NCBI GenBank assembly: GCA_964035545.1
Contig: OZ037765.1
Coordinates: forward strand, 15,076,698-15,140,697
From: Bugula neritina
Lineage: Eukaryota > Animalia > Bryozoa
Length of the DNA: 64,000 nucleotides
Direction of reading: 5' to 3'
In this document: positions 16,301 to 29,859 of the stretch, in pieces
How positions within the stretch are numbered: position 1 is the first letter of the stretch
Layout of the letters: the number at the start of each line of letters is the position of its first letter
Program-made: the position numbers and the translations under genes
Notes under the pieces: model-generated
The model's input: only the letters and a program-made list of their open reading frames with translations
What the model was told of the DNA's origin: nothing
The model's database searches: none

Positions 16301-19300
16301 ACTGAAATTCACTGTGAGATACTGAGATACACTGCAACACCTTGAAATATACTGCAACACACTGAAAGATACGGCAACATACTGAAATATACTGCGACAC
16401 ATTGAAATATAGTGCAGCATATTGAAATATGCTGTAGCATACTGAAATATACTGTAACACACTGAAATATACTGCAACATACTGAAATACACTGTAACAT
16501 ACTGAAATATACTGCAACATACTGCAACATACTGAAATACACTGTAACATACTGAAATACACTGCAACATACTGCAACATACTGAAATACACTGGAAGAA
16601 ATTGAAACACACTACAACACATTGAAATATACTGCAACACACTGAAACATACAGCAATATACTGAAATATACTGCGACACATTGAAATATACTGCAACAT
16701 AGTTAAATATAATGCAAGATACTGCAACATTCTGAAATACACTGTGACATACTGAAATACACTGCAACATACTTCAACATACTGCAACATACTGCAACAT
16801 ACTGAAATACACTGTAACATATTGAAGTGCACTGCAACACATTGAAATATACTGCAACACACTGAAACATACGGCAACATACTGAAATATACTGCAACAC
16901 ATTGAAATATACTGCAACATACTGAAATATGCTGTAGTATACTGAAACACACTGCAACACAGTGAAGTATACTGTAAAATACAGAAATATACTGTAACAT
17001 ACTGAAACATATGTCAACATACTGAAATACACTGTAACAAACCCAATTACATTGCAACAAACTGCAACATACTGAAATACGCTGTAACATATTGAAATAC
17101 GCTCCAACACATTGAAAGAAACTGCAATATACCTAAATATACGATAATATACTGAAAGATACTGTACCACATTGAAAAACATTGCAACATACTGAAACAT
17201 GCTGTAGCACATTAAAATACACTGTAAGATACTGAAACACACTGCAACATGCTGAAATACACTGTAACCTACTGAAATACACTGCAACATACTACAACAT
17301 ACTGAAATACACTGTAACATTATGAATTACACTGCAACACATTGAAAAATACTGCAACATACCGAAATATATGGCAAACTACTGAAATATACTTTAACAG
17401 ATTGAAAAAAACTGCATCATACTGAAATATACTGTAACACACTGAAATATACTGCAACATACTGAAATATGCTGTAGTATACCGAAACACACTGCAACAC
17501 AGTGAAGTATACTGTAAAATACAGAAATATACTGTAACATACTGAAACATATGTCAACATACTGAAATGTACTGCAACATGCTGAAATATATTGCAACAT
17601 ACTGAAATACACTGTAACAAACCCAATTACACTGCAACAAACTGCAACATACTGAAATACGCTGTAACATATTGAAATACGCTCCAACACATTGAACGAA
17701 ACTGCAACATACCTAAATATACGACAATATACTGAAAGATACTGTACCACATTGAAAAACATTACAACATACTGAAACATGCTGTAGCACATTAAAATAC
17801 ACTGTAAGATACTGAAATACACTGCAACATGCTGAAATACACTGTAACCTACTGAAATACACTGCAACATACTACAACATACTGAAATACACTGTGACAT
17901 ACTGAGATACACTGCAACATACTGCAACATACTGAAATACACTGTAACAGACTGAAATGTACTGTAACACACTAAAATATACTGCAACATGCTGAAATAC
18001 ACTGTAACATACTGAAATATACTGCAACATACTGCAACATACCGAATTACACTGTAACAAACTGAAATACACTCCAACATACTACAACATACTGAAATAC
18101 ACTGTAACATATTGAAATACATCGCAACACAGTGAAATATACTGCAACACACTGAAATATACTGTAACACACTGTAATATACTGCAACATACTGCAACAT
18201 ACTGACATACACTGGAACATACTGAAATACACTCCAACATACTACAACATACTGAAATACACTGTAACCTACTGAAATATGCTGTAGCACACTGAAATAT
18301 ACTGCAACATACTGAAATATAATGAAAGTTACTACAACATACTGAAATTCACTGTGAGATACTGAGATACACTGCAACACCTTGAAATATACTGCAACAC
18401 ACTGAAAGATACGGCAACATACTGAAATATACTGCGACACATTGAAATATAGTGCAGCATGTTGAAATATGCTGTAGCATACTGAAATATACTGTAACAC
18501 ACTGAAATATACTGCAACATACTGAAATACATTGTAACATACTGAAATATACTGCAACATACTGAAATACACTGTAACATACTGAAATATACTGCAACAT
18601 ACTGCAACATACTGAAATACACTGTAACATACTGAAATACACTGCAACATACTGCAACATACTGAAATACACTGGAAGAAATTGAAACACACTACAACAC
18701 ATTGAAATATACTGCAACACACTGAAACATACAGCAATATACTGAAATATACTGCGACACATTGAAATATACTGCAACATAGTTAAATATAATGCAAGAT
18801 ACTGCAACATTCTGAAATACACTGTGACATACTGAAATACACTGCAACATACTTCAACATACTGCAACATACTGCAACATACTGAAATACACTGTAACAT
18901 ATTGAAGTGCACTGCAACACATTGAAATATACTGCAACACACTGAAACATACGGCAACATACTGAAATATACTGCAACACATTGAAATATACTGCAACAT
19001 ACTGAATTATGCTGTAGTATACTGAAACACACTGCAACACAGTGAAGTATACTGTAAAATACAGAAATATACTGTAACATACTGAAACATATGTCAACAT
19101 ACTGAAATACACTGTAACAAACCCAATTACATTGCAACAAACTGCAACATACTGAAATACGCTGTAACATATTGAAATACGCTCCAACACATTGAAAGAA
19201 ACTGCAATATACCTAAATATACGATAATATACTGAAAGATACTGTACCACATTGAAAAACATTGCAACATACTGAAACATGCTGTAGCACATTAAAACAC

Positions 19301-19530
19301 ACTGTAAGATACTGAAACACACTGCAACATGCTGAAATACACTGTAACCTACTGAAATACACTGCAACATACTACAACATACTGAAATACACTGTAACAT
19401 TATGAATTACACTGCAACACATTGAAAAATACTGCAACATACCGAAATATATGGCAAACTACTGAAATATACTTTAACAGATTGAAAAAAACTGCATCAT
19501 ACTGAAATATACTGTAACACACTGAAATAT
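13331..19530. repeat. Higher-order repeat, ~2.04-2.08 kb x3
   Basis: The marker GCTGTAGTATACCGAAACAC occurs at 13351, 15431 and 17471. ORF-track patterns recur at 13752/15832/17872 and 15280/17320/19400. Confidence 0.9.
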
Positions 19531-20179
19531 ACTGCAAAACACTGAAATACACTGTAACATACTGAAATACGCTGTAACATACTGAAATATACTGCAACAC
19601 ACTGAAATGCGCTTTAACATACTGATATACACTGCAACATACTGCAACATACTGAAATACATTGGAACATATTGAAACACACTACAATACATTAAAATAT
19701 ACTGCAACACACTGAAACATACGGCAACATACTGAAATATACTGCAAAACATTGAAATATACTGCTACATACTGAAACATGCTGTAGCATACTGAAATAC
19801 ACTGCAACACACTGAAGTATACTGTAATATACAGAAATGTTCTGTAACATACTGAAAGGTACGTCAACATACTGAAATGTACTCCAACGTGCTGAACTAT
19901 ACTGTAACATACTGAAATACACTGTAATATACTGAATTAAACTGCAACATACTGCAACATACAGAAATAAGCTGTAACATATTGAAATACACCACAACAT
20001 ATTGTAATATACTGCAACATACTGAACCATACGGCAACATACTGAAATATACTGCAACACATTGAATCATACTGCAACATAGTCAAATATAATGCAAGAT
20101 ACTGTAACATTCTGAAAAACACTGTGACATACTGAAATACACTGCATCATACTGCAACATACTGCAACATACTGCAACA

Positions 20180-23000
20180 TACTGAAATACACTGCAACAC
20201 ATTGAAGTAAACCGCAACATACTTAAATATACGGTAACATACTGAAATATACTGTAACTCATTGAAAAACATTTCAACATACTGAAACATACTGAAATAT
20301 GCTGTAGCACACTGAAATACACCGCAGTTCAATAACAAATAGTGTAATATACGGAAATGTACCGTAACATACTGAAATATACTGTAACAGACTGAAATGT
20401 ACTGTAACAAACTGAAATATACTGCAACATGCTGAAATACACTGTAACATAATGAAATATACTGCAACATACTGCAACATACCGAATTACACTGTAACAA
20501 ACTGAAATACACTCCAACATACTACAACATACTGAAATACACTGTAACATATTGAAATACACCGCAACACATTGAAATATACTGCAACATACCGAAATAT
20601 ATGGTAAACTACTGAACTATACTGTAACACATTGAAACTTACCGCAAAATACTAAAATACACTGCAACGCACTGAAGTATACTGTAATATATAGAAATGT
20701 ACTGTAAAATACTTAAACATACGACAACATACCAAAAAACATACTGCAACATACTGAATTACACTGCAATATTCTGAAATATACTTCAACATACTGAAAC
20801 ATACCTAAAAACATTGAAATATACTGAAATACAGTGTAGGATATTGAAATACACTGCAACAATTTGGAATATACAGCAACATACCGAAATATATGGTAAC
20901 CTACTGAAATATGTTGCAAACTACTGAAATATACTGCAACATACTGCAACATAATGAAATATACTATAACACATTGGAATAAACTGCAAAACACTGAAAT
21001 ATACTGTAACATACTGAAACATACTGCAACATACCGAAATATACTGTAACATACTGAAATATACTGCAAGATACTGCAATATACTGAAATACACTGTAAC
21101 ATACTGAAATACACTGCAACATACTGCAACATACTGGCATACACTGGAACATACTGAAATACACTGCAACATACTACAACATACTGAAATACACTGTAAC
21201 CTACTGAAATATGCTGTAGCACACTGAAATATACTGCAACATACTGAAATATAATGCAAGTTACTACAACATACTGAAATACACTGTGACATACTGAAAT
21301 ACACTGCAACATACTGCAAGAAACTGCAACATACTGAAATACACTGTAACATATTGAAATACACTGCAAAACCTTGAAATATACTGCAACACACTGAAGG
21401 ATACGGCAACGTACTGAAATGTACTGTGACACATTTAAATGTACTGCAACATACTGAAATATGCTGTAGCATACTGAAATATACTGTAACACACTGTAAT
21501 ATACTGCAACATACTGCAACATACTGACATATACTGGAACATACTGAAATAAACTCCAACATACTACAACATACTGAAATACACTGTAACCTACTGAAAT
21601 ATGCTGTAGCACACTGAAATATACTGCAACATACTGAAATATAATGCAAGTAACTACAACATACTGAAATACACTGTGACATACTGAGATACACTGCAAC
21701 ATACTGCAACATACTGAAATACACTGTAACAGACTGAAATGTACTGTAACACACTGAAATATACTGCAACATGCTGAAATACACTGTAACATACTGAAAT
21801 ATACTGCAACATACTGCAACATACCGAATTACACTGTAACAAACTGAAATACACTCCAACATACTACAACATACTGAAATACACTGCAACACATTGAAGT
21901 AAACCGCAACATACTTAAATATACGGTAACATACTGAAATATACTGTAACTCATTGAAAAACATTGCAACATACTGAAACCTACTGAAATATGCTGTAGC
22001 ACACTGAAATACACCGCAATTCAATAAAAAATAGTGTAATATACGGAAATGTACCGTAACATACTGAAATATACTGTAACAGACTGAAATGTACTGTAAC
22101 AAACTGAAATATACTGCAACATGCTGAAATACACTGTAACATAATGAAATATACTGCAACATACTGCAACATACCGAATTACACTGTAACAAACTGAAAT
22201 ACACTCCAACATACTACAACATACTGAAATACACTGTAACATATTGAAATACACCGCAACACATTGAAATATACTGCAACATACCGAAATATATGGTAAA
22301 CTACTGAATTATACTGTAACACATTGAAACTTACCGCAAAATACTAAAATACACTGCAACACACTGAAGTATACTGTAATATATAGAAATGTACTGTAAA
22401 ATACTTAAACATACGACAACATACCAAAAAACATACTGCAACATACTGAATTACACTGCAATATCCTGAAATATACTTCAACATACTGAAACATACCTAA
22501 AAACATTGAAATATACTGAAAAACAGTGTAGGATATTGAAATACACTGCAACAATTTGGAATATACAGCAACATACCGAAATATATGGTAACCTACTGAA
22601 ATATGTTGCAAACTACTGAAATATACTGCAACATACTGCAACATAATGAAATATACTATAACACATTGGAATAAACTGCAAAATACTGAAATATACTGTA
22701 ACATACTGAAACATACTGCAACATACCGAAATATACTGTAACATACTGAAATATACTGCAAGATACTGCAATATACTGAAATACACTGTAACATACTGAA
22801 ATACACTGCAACATACTGCAACATACTGACATACACTGGAACATACTGAAATACACTGCAACATGCTACAACATACTGAAATACACTGTAACCTACTGAA
22901 ATATGCTGCAGCACACTGAAATATACTGCAACATACTGAAATATAATGCAAGTTACTACAACATACTGAAATACACTGTGACATACTGAAATACACTGCA
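20180..23000. repeat. Higher-order repeat, 1692 bp x~1.7 (repeated again at ~27930-30750)
   Basis: ATTGAAGTAAACCG at 20201 and 21893. ACCAAAAAACAT block marked by ORF ends 20713/22405 and 28465/30157, each pair 1692 bp apart. Confidence 0.9.
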
Positions 23001-24606
23001 ACATACTGCAACATACTGAAATACACTGTAACAGACTGAAATGTACTGTAACACACTAAAATATACTGCAACATGCTGAAATACACTGTAACATACTGAA
23101 ATATACTGCAACATACTGCAACATACCGAATTACACTGTAACAAACTGAAATACACTCCAACATACTACAACATACTGAAATACACTGTAACCTACTGAA
23201 ATATGCTGTAGCACACTGAAATATACTGCAACATACTGAAATATAATGAAAGTTACTACAACGTACTGAAATACACTGTGAGATACTGAGATACACTGCA
23301 ACACCTTGAAATATACTGCAACACACTGAAAGATACGGCAACATACTGAAATATACTCCGACACATTGAAATATAGTGCAGCATACTGAAATATGCTGTA
23401 GCATACTGAAATATACTGTAACACACTGAAATATACTGCAACATACTGAAATACATTGTAACATACTGAAATATACTGCAACATACTGAAATACACTGTA
23501 ACATACTGAAATATACTGCAACATACTGCAACATACTGAAATACACTGTAACATACTGAAATACACTGCAACATACTGCAACATACTGAAATACACTGGA
23601 AGAAATTGAAACACACTACAACACATTGAAATATACTGCAACACACTGAAACATACAGCAACATACTGAAATATACTGCGACACATTGAAATATACTGCA
23701 ACATAGTTAAATATAATGCAAGATACTGCAACATTCTGAAATACACTGTGACATACTGAAATACACTGCAACATACTTCAACATACTGCAACATACTGCA
23801 ACATACTGAAATACACTGTAACATATTGAAGTGCACTGCAACACATTGAAATATACTGCAACACACTGAAACATACGGCAACATACTGAAATATACTGCA
23901 ACACATTGAAATATACTGCAACATACTGAAATGTGCTGTAGTATACTGAAACACACTGCAACACAGTGAAGTATACTGTAAAATACAGAAATATACTGTA
24001 ACATACTGAAACATATGTCAACATACTGAAATACACTGTAACAAACCCAATTACATTGCAACAAACTGCAACATACTGAAATACGCTGTAACATATTGAA
24101 ATACGCTCCAACACATTGAAAGAAACTGCAATATACCTAAATATACGATAATATACTGAAAGATACTGTACCACATTGAAAAACATTGCAACATACTGAA
24201 ACATGCTGTAGCACATTAAAATACACTGTAAGATACTGAAACACACTGCAACATGCTGAAATACACTGTAACCTACTGAAATACACTGCAACATACTACA
24301 ACATACTGAAATACACTGTAACATTATGAATTACACTGCAACACATTGAAAAATACTGCAACATACCGAAATATATGGCAAACTACTGAAATATACTTTA
24401 ACAGATTGAAAAAAACTGCATCATACTGAAATATACTGTAACACACTGAAATATACTGCAACATACTGAAATATGCTGTAGTATACCGAAACACACTGCA
24501 ACACAGTGAAGTATACTGTAAAATACAGAAATATACTGTAACATACCGAAACATATGTCAACATACTGAAATGTACTGCAACATGCTGAAATATATTGCA
24601 ACATAC

Positions 24607-24629
24607 CACAGGATAGTTAAGGGCAACCT
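24607..24629 (+). repeat. Terminal inverted repeat of MITE copy 1 (left)
   Basis: CACAGGATAGTTAAGGGCAACCT; matches the reverse complement of 25340-25362 at 22/23 positions (first 19 perfect). Confidence 0.97.
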
Positions 24630-24719
24630 TTTAGCTGCAACTGCCTTGCTGAGGTTTGCATTGTAATCATATAAGAATTCAGTACCAGTAAAATAAAATC
24701 TCACCTAATTGTGCTAGAG

Positions 24720-25016
24720 TCAAAATTTAAAAACTATGTTGTAGATCTTCTCTTTCTCCAATGTAAGTTTTTTGGAAATTTCAATTTTCATTTTTTTTGC
24801 GAAGTTATAGACAAAAAACTGCCGAATTTTGGCCAATTTTGGCTGAAAAGCCGACTTTTCAGTACCAGTAAAATATCTCAGCAGCAAAGCATGATATCTG
24901 AATAAAAATTGCACTGCTGGAATCCTGAGATATTTCTCCAGTGTAAGTTTTTTTCTTTTTTCAATAACTCTGCTAGATTGCTCATAAATTGGTGATTTAT
25001 ACACTGAAAATGCCAT
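24720..25016 (-). other. 98-aa ORF inside MITE copy 1 (counterpart of 55923-56219)
   Basis: ORF track. Differs from the copy 2 ORF at 3 residues (V/I, P/V, E/K). Confidence 0.12.
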
Positions 25017-25339
25017 ATTTTCTCATAAGAAACTAGCAGCGCGCAGCACTTCACGCTTCATTGAGCACGTAGGGATGAGAAGATATTGGCGCCTACATAA
25101 TAATTACAGGCTAGCTAGCTGGCAGGCTATAATGAATAGCTTGCTTTGTACTTTGTTTATGTAGCACCAATAATGGAATGTTGATAGATAACGCAGCCCT
25201 AACGAAGGTTGCTGCTTATTGGTTGTAGTTTAATCTTAGGCTAAACAATTACAAGTAGGCAACACGCATGCCACCCGCAGAGCAATATTATTCAAGAACC
25301 CGAACTACATTTTGAGAGAAATTTATGATATTCTTAGTG

Positions 25340-25362
25340 AGGATGCCCTTAACTATCCTGTG
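25340..25362 (-). repeat. Terminal inverted repeat of MITE copy 1 (right)
   Basis: AGGATGCCCTTAACTATCCTGTG, whose reverse complement is CACAGGATAGTTAAGGGCATCCT. Confidence 0.97.
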
Positions 25363-28300
25363 ACTGAAATACACTGTAACAAACCCAATTACACTGCAAC
25401 AAACTGCAACATACTGAAATACGCTGTAACATATTGAAATACGCTCCAACACATTGAACGAAACTGCAACATACCTAAATATACGACAATATACTGAAAG
25501 ATGCTGTACCACATTGAAAAACATTACAACATACTGAAACATGCTGTAGCACATTAAAATACACTGTAAGATACTGAAATACACTGCAACATGCTGAAAT
25601 ACACTGTAACCTACTGAAATACACTGCAACATACTACAACATACTGAAATACACTGTGACATACTGAGATACACTGCAACATACTGCAACATACTGAAAT
25701 ACACTGTAACAGACTGAAATGTACTGTAACACACTAAAATATACTGCAACATGCTGAAATACACTGTAACATACTGAAATATACTGCAACATACTGCAAC
25801 ATACCGAATTACACTGCAACAAACTGAAATACACTCCAACATACTACAACATACTGAAATACACTGTAACATATTGAAATACATCGCAACACAGTGAAAT
25901 ATACTGCAACACACTGAAATATACTGTAACACACTGTAATATACTGCAACATACTGCAATATACTGACATACACTGGAACATACTGAAATACACTCCAAC
26001 ATACTACAACATACTGAAATACACTGTAACCTACTGAAATATGCTGTAGCACACTGAAATATACTGCAACATACTGAAATATAATGAAAGTTACTACAAC
26101 ATACTGAAATTCACTGTGAGATACTGAGATACACTGCAACACCTTGAAATATACTGCAACACACTGAAAGATACGGCAACATACTGAAATATACTGCGAC
26201 ACATTGAAATATAGTGCAGCATATTGAAATATGCTGTAGCATACTGAAATATACTGTAACACACTGAAATATACTGCAACATACTGAAATACATTGTAAC
26301 ATACTGAAATATACTGCAACATACTGAAATACACTGTAACATACTGAAATATACTGCAACATACTGCAACATACTGAAATACACTGTAACATACTGAAAT
26401 ACACTGCAACATACTGCAACATACTGAAATACACTGGAAGAAATTGAAACACACTACAACACATTGAAATATACTGCAACACACTGAAACATACAGCAAT
26501 ATACTGAAATATACTGCGACACATTGAAATATACTGCAACATAGTTAAATATAATGCAAGATACTGCAACATTCTGAAATACACTGTGACATACTGAAAT
26601 ACACTGCAACATACTTCAACATACTGCAACATACTGCAACATACTGAAATACACTGTAACATATTGAAGTGCACTGCAACACATTGAAATATACTGCAAC
26701 ACACTGAAACATACGGCAACATACTGAAATATACTGCAACACATTGAAATATACTGCAACATACTGAAATATGCTGTAGTATACTGAAACACACTGCAAC
26801 ACAGTGAAGTATACTGTAAAATACAGAAATATACTGTAACATACTGAAACATATGTCAACATACTGAAATACACTGTAACAAACCCAATTACATTGCAAC
26901 AAACTGCAACATACTGAAATACGCTGTAACATATTGAAATACGCTCCAACACATTGAAAGAAACTGCAATATACCTAAATATACGATAATATACTGAAAG
27001 ATACTGTACCACATTGAAAAACATTGCAACATACTGAAACATGCTGTAGCACATTAAAATACACTGTAAGATACTGAAACACACTGCAACATGCTGAAAT
27101 ACACTGTAACCTACTGAAATACACTGCAACATACTACAACATACTGAAATACACTGTAACATTATGAATTACACTGCAACACATTGAAAAATACTGCAAC
27201 ATACCGAAATATATGGCAAACTACTGAAATATACTTTAACAGATTGAAAAAAACTGCATCATACTGAAATATACTGTAACACACTGAAATATACTGCAAA
27301 ACACTGAAATACACTGTAACATACTGAAATACGCTGTAACATACTGAAATATACTGCAACACACTGAAATGCGCTTTAACATACTGATATACACTGCAAC
27401 ATACTGCAACATACTGAAATACATTGGAACATATTGAAACACACTACAATACATTAAAATATACTGCAACACACTGAAACATACGGCAACATACTGAAAT
27501 ATACTGCAAAACATTGAAATATACTGCTACATACTGAAACATGCTGTAGCATACTGAAATACACTGCAACACACTGAAGTATACTGTAATATACAGAAAT
27601 GTTCTGTAACATACTGAAAGGTACGTCAACATACTGAAATGTACTCCAACGTGCTGAACTATACTGTAACATACTGAAATACACTGTAATATACTGAATT
27701 AAACTGCAACATACTGCAACATACAGAAATAAGCTGTAACATATTGAAATACACCACAACATATTGTAATATACTGCAACATACTGAACCATACGGCAAC
27801 ATACTGAAATATACTGCAACACATTGAATCATACTTCAACATAGTCAAATATAATGCAAGATACTGTAACATTCTTAAAAACACTGTGACATACTGAAAT
27901 ACACTGCATCATACTGCAACATACTGCAACATACTGAAATACACTGCAACACATTGAAGTAAACCGCAACATACTTAAATATACGGTAACATACTGAAAT
28001 ATACTCTAACTCATTGAAAAACATTGCAACATACTGAAACATACTGAAATATGCTGTAGCACACTGAAATACACCGCAGTTCAATAACAAATAGTGTAAT
28101 ATACGGAAATGTACCGTAACATACTGAAATATACTGTAACAGACTGAAATGTACTGTAACAAACTGAAATATACTGCAACATGCTGAAAAACACTGTAAC
28201 ATAATGAAATATACTGCAACATACTGCAACATACCGAATTACACTGTAACAAACTGAAATACACTCCAACATACTACAACATACTGAAATACACTGTAAC

Positions 28301-29859
28301 ATATTGAAATACACCGCAACACATTGAAATATACTGCAACATACCGAAATATATGGTAAACTACTGAACTATACTGTAACACATTTAAACTTACCGCAAA
28401 ATACTAAAATACACTGCAACGCACTGAAGTATACTGTAATATATAGAAATGTACTGTAAAATACTTAAACATACGACAACATACCAAAAAACATACTGCA
28501 ACATACTGAATTACACTGCAATATCCTGAAATATACTTCAACATACTGAAACATACCTAAAAACATTGAAATATACTGAAATACAGTGTAGGATATTGAA
28601 ATACACTGCAACAATTTGGAATATACAGCAACATACCGAAATATATGGTAACCTACTGAAATATGTTGCAAACTACTGAAATATACTGCAACATACTGCA
28701 ACATAATGAAATATACTATAACACATTGGAATAAACTGCAAAATACTGAAATATACTGTAACATACTGAAACATACTGCAACATACCGAAATATACTGTA
28801 ACATACTGAAATATACTGCAAGATACTGCAATATACTGAAATACACTGTAACATACTGAAATACACTGCAACATACTGCAACATACTGGCATACACTGGA
28901 ACAGACTGAAATACACTGCAACATACTACAACATACTGAAATACACTGTAACCTACTGAAATATGCTGTAGCACACTGAAATATACTGCAACATACTGAA
29001 ATATAATGCAAGTTACTACAACATACTGAAATACACTGTGACATACTGAAATACACTGCAACATACTGCAAGAAACTGCAACATACTGAAATACACTGTA
29101 ACATATTGAAATACACTGCAAAACCTTGAAATATACTGCAACACACTGAAGGATACGGCAACGTACTGAAATGTACTGTGACACATTTAAATGTACTGCA
29201 ACATACTGAAATATGCTGTAGCATACTGAAATATACTGTAACACACTGTAATATACTGCAACATACTGCAACATACTGACATATACTGGAACATACTGAA
29301 ATAAACTCCAACATACTACAACATACTGAAATACACTGTAACCTACTGAAATATGCTGTAGCACACTGAAATATACTGCAACATACTGAAATATAATGCA
29401 AGTAACTACAACATACTGAAATACACTGTGACATACTGAGATACACTGCAACGTACTGCAACATACTGAAATACACTGTAACAGACTGAAATGTACTGTA
29501 ACACACTGAAATATACTGCAACATGCTGAAATACACTGTAACATACTGAAATATACTGCAACATACTGCAACATACCGAATTACACTGTAACATACTGAA
29601 ATACACTCCAACATACTACAACATACTGAAATACACTGCAACACATTGAAGTAAACCGCAACATACTTAAATATACGGTAACATACTGAAATATACTGTA
29701 ACTCATTGAAAAACATTGCAACATACTGAAACATACTGAAATATGCTGTAGCACACTGAAATACACCGCAATTCAATAAAAAATAGTGTAATATACGGAA
29801 ATGTACCGTAACATACTGAAATATACTGTAACAGACTGAAATGTACTGTAACAAACTGA

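Larger units (their letters stand above)
1..24606. repeat. 10-bp satellite array (ACTGCAACAT / ACTGTAACAT alternating with ACTGAAATAT / ACTGAAATAC), segment 1
   Basis: Continuous head-to-tail 10-bp monomers visible in every line; extends past the left edge of the window; ends at the first MITE. Confidence 0.99.
24607..25362 (-). mobile_element. 756-bp non-autonomous DNA transposon (MITE), copy 1; probable CMC (EnSpm/CACTA-like) group
   Basis: Abrupt non-satellite insert that starts CACAGGATAGTTAAGGGCA and ends TGCCCTTAACTATCCTGTG. Flanks read ...ACATAC[insert]ACTGAAAT, giving a 2-bp TSD (AC). No transposase ORF. Superfamily is inferred from the CAC termini plus 2-bp TSD. Strand is set arbitrarily by the internal 98-aa ORF. 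Confidence 0.95.

Noticed and set aside
24607-24640. RAG recombination signal or Transib/ProtoRAG end (CACAG start)
   Set aside because: Only CACAG matches the CACAGTG heptamer, there is no nonamer at a 12- or 23-bp spacing, and the TSD is 2 bp rather than the 5 bp typical of Transib/RAG.
24711-24905. 64-aa plus-strand ORF in MITE copy 1, and chimeric ORFs crossing MITE ends (25288-26499, 55432-55671)
   Set aside because: The first is short and antisense to the other ORF; the others are read-through between satellite and element termini.
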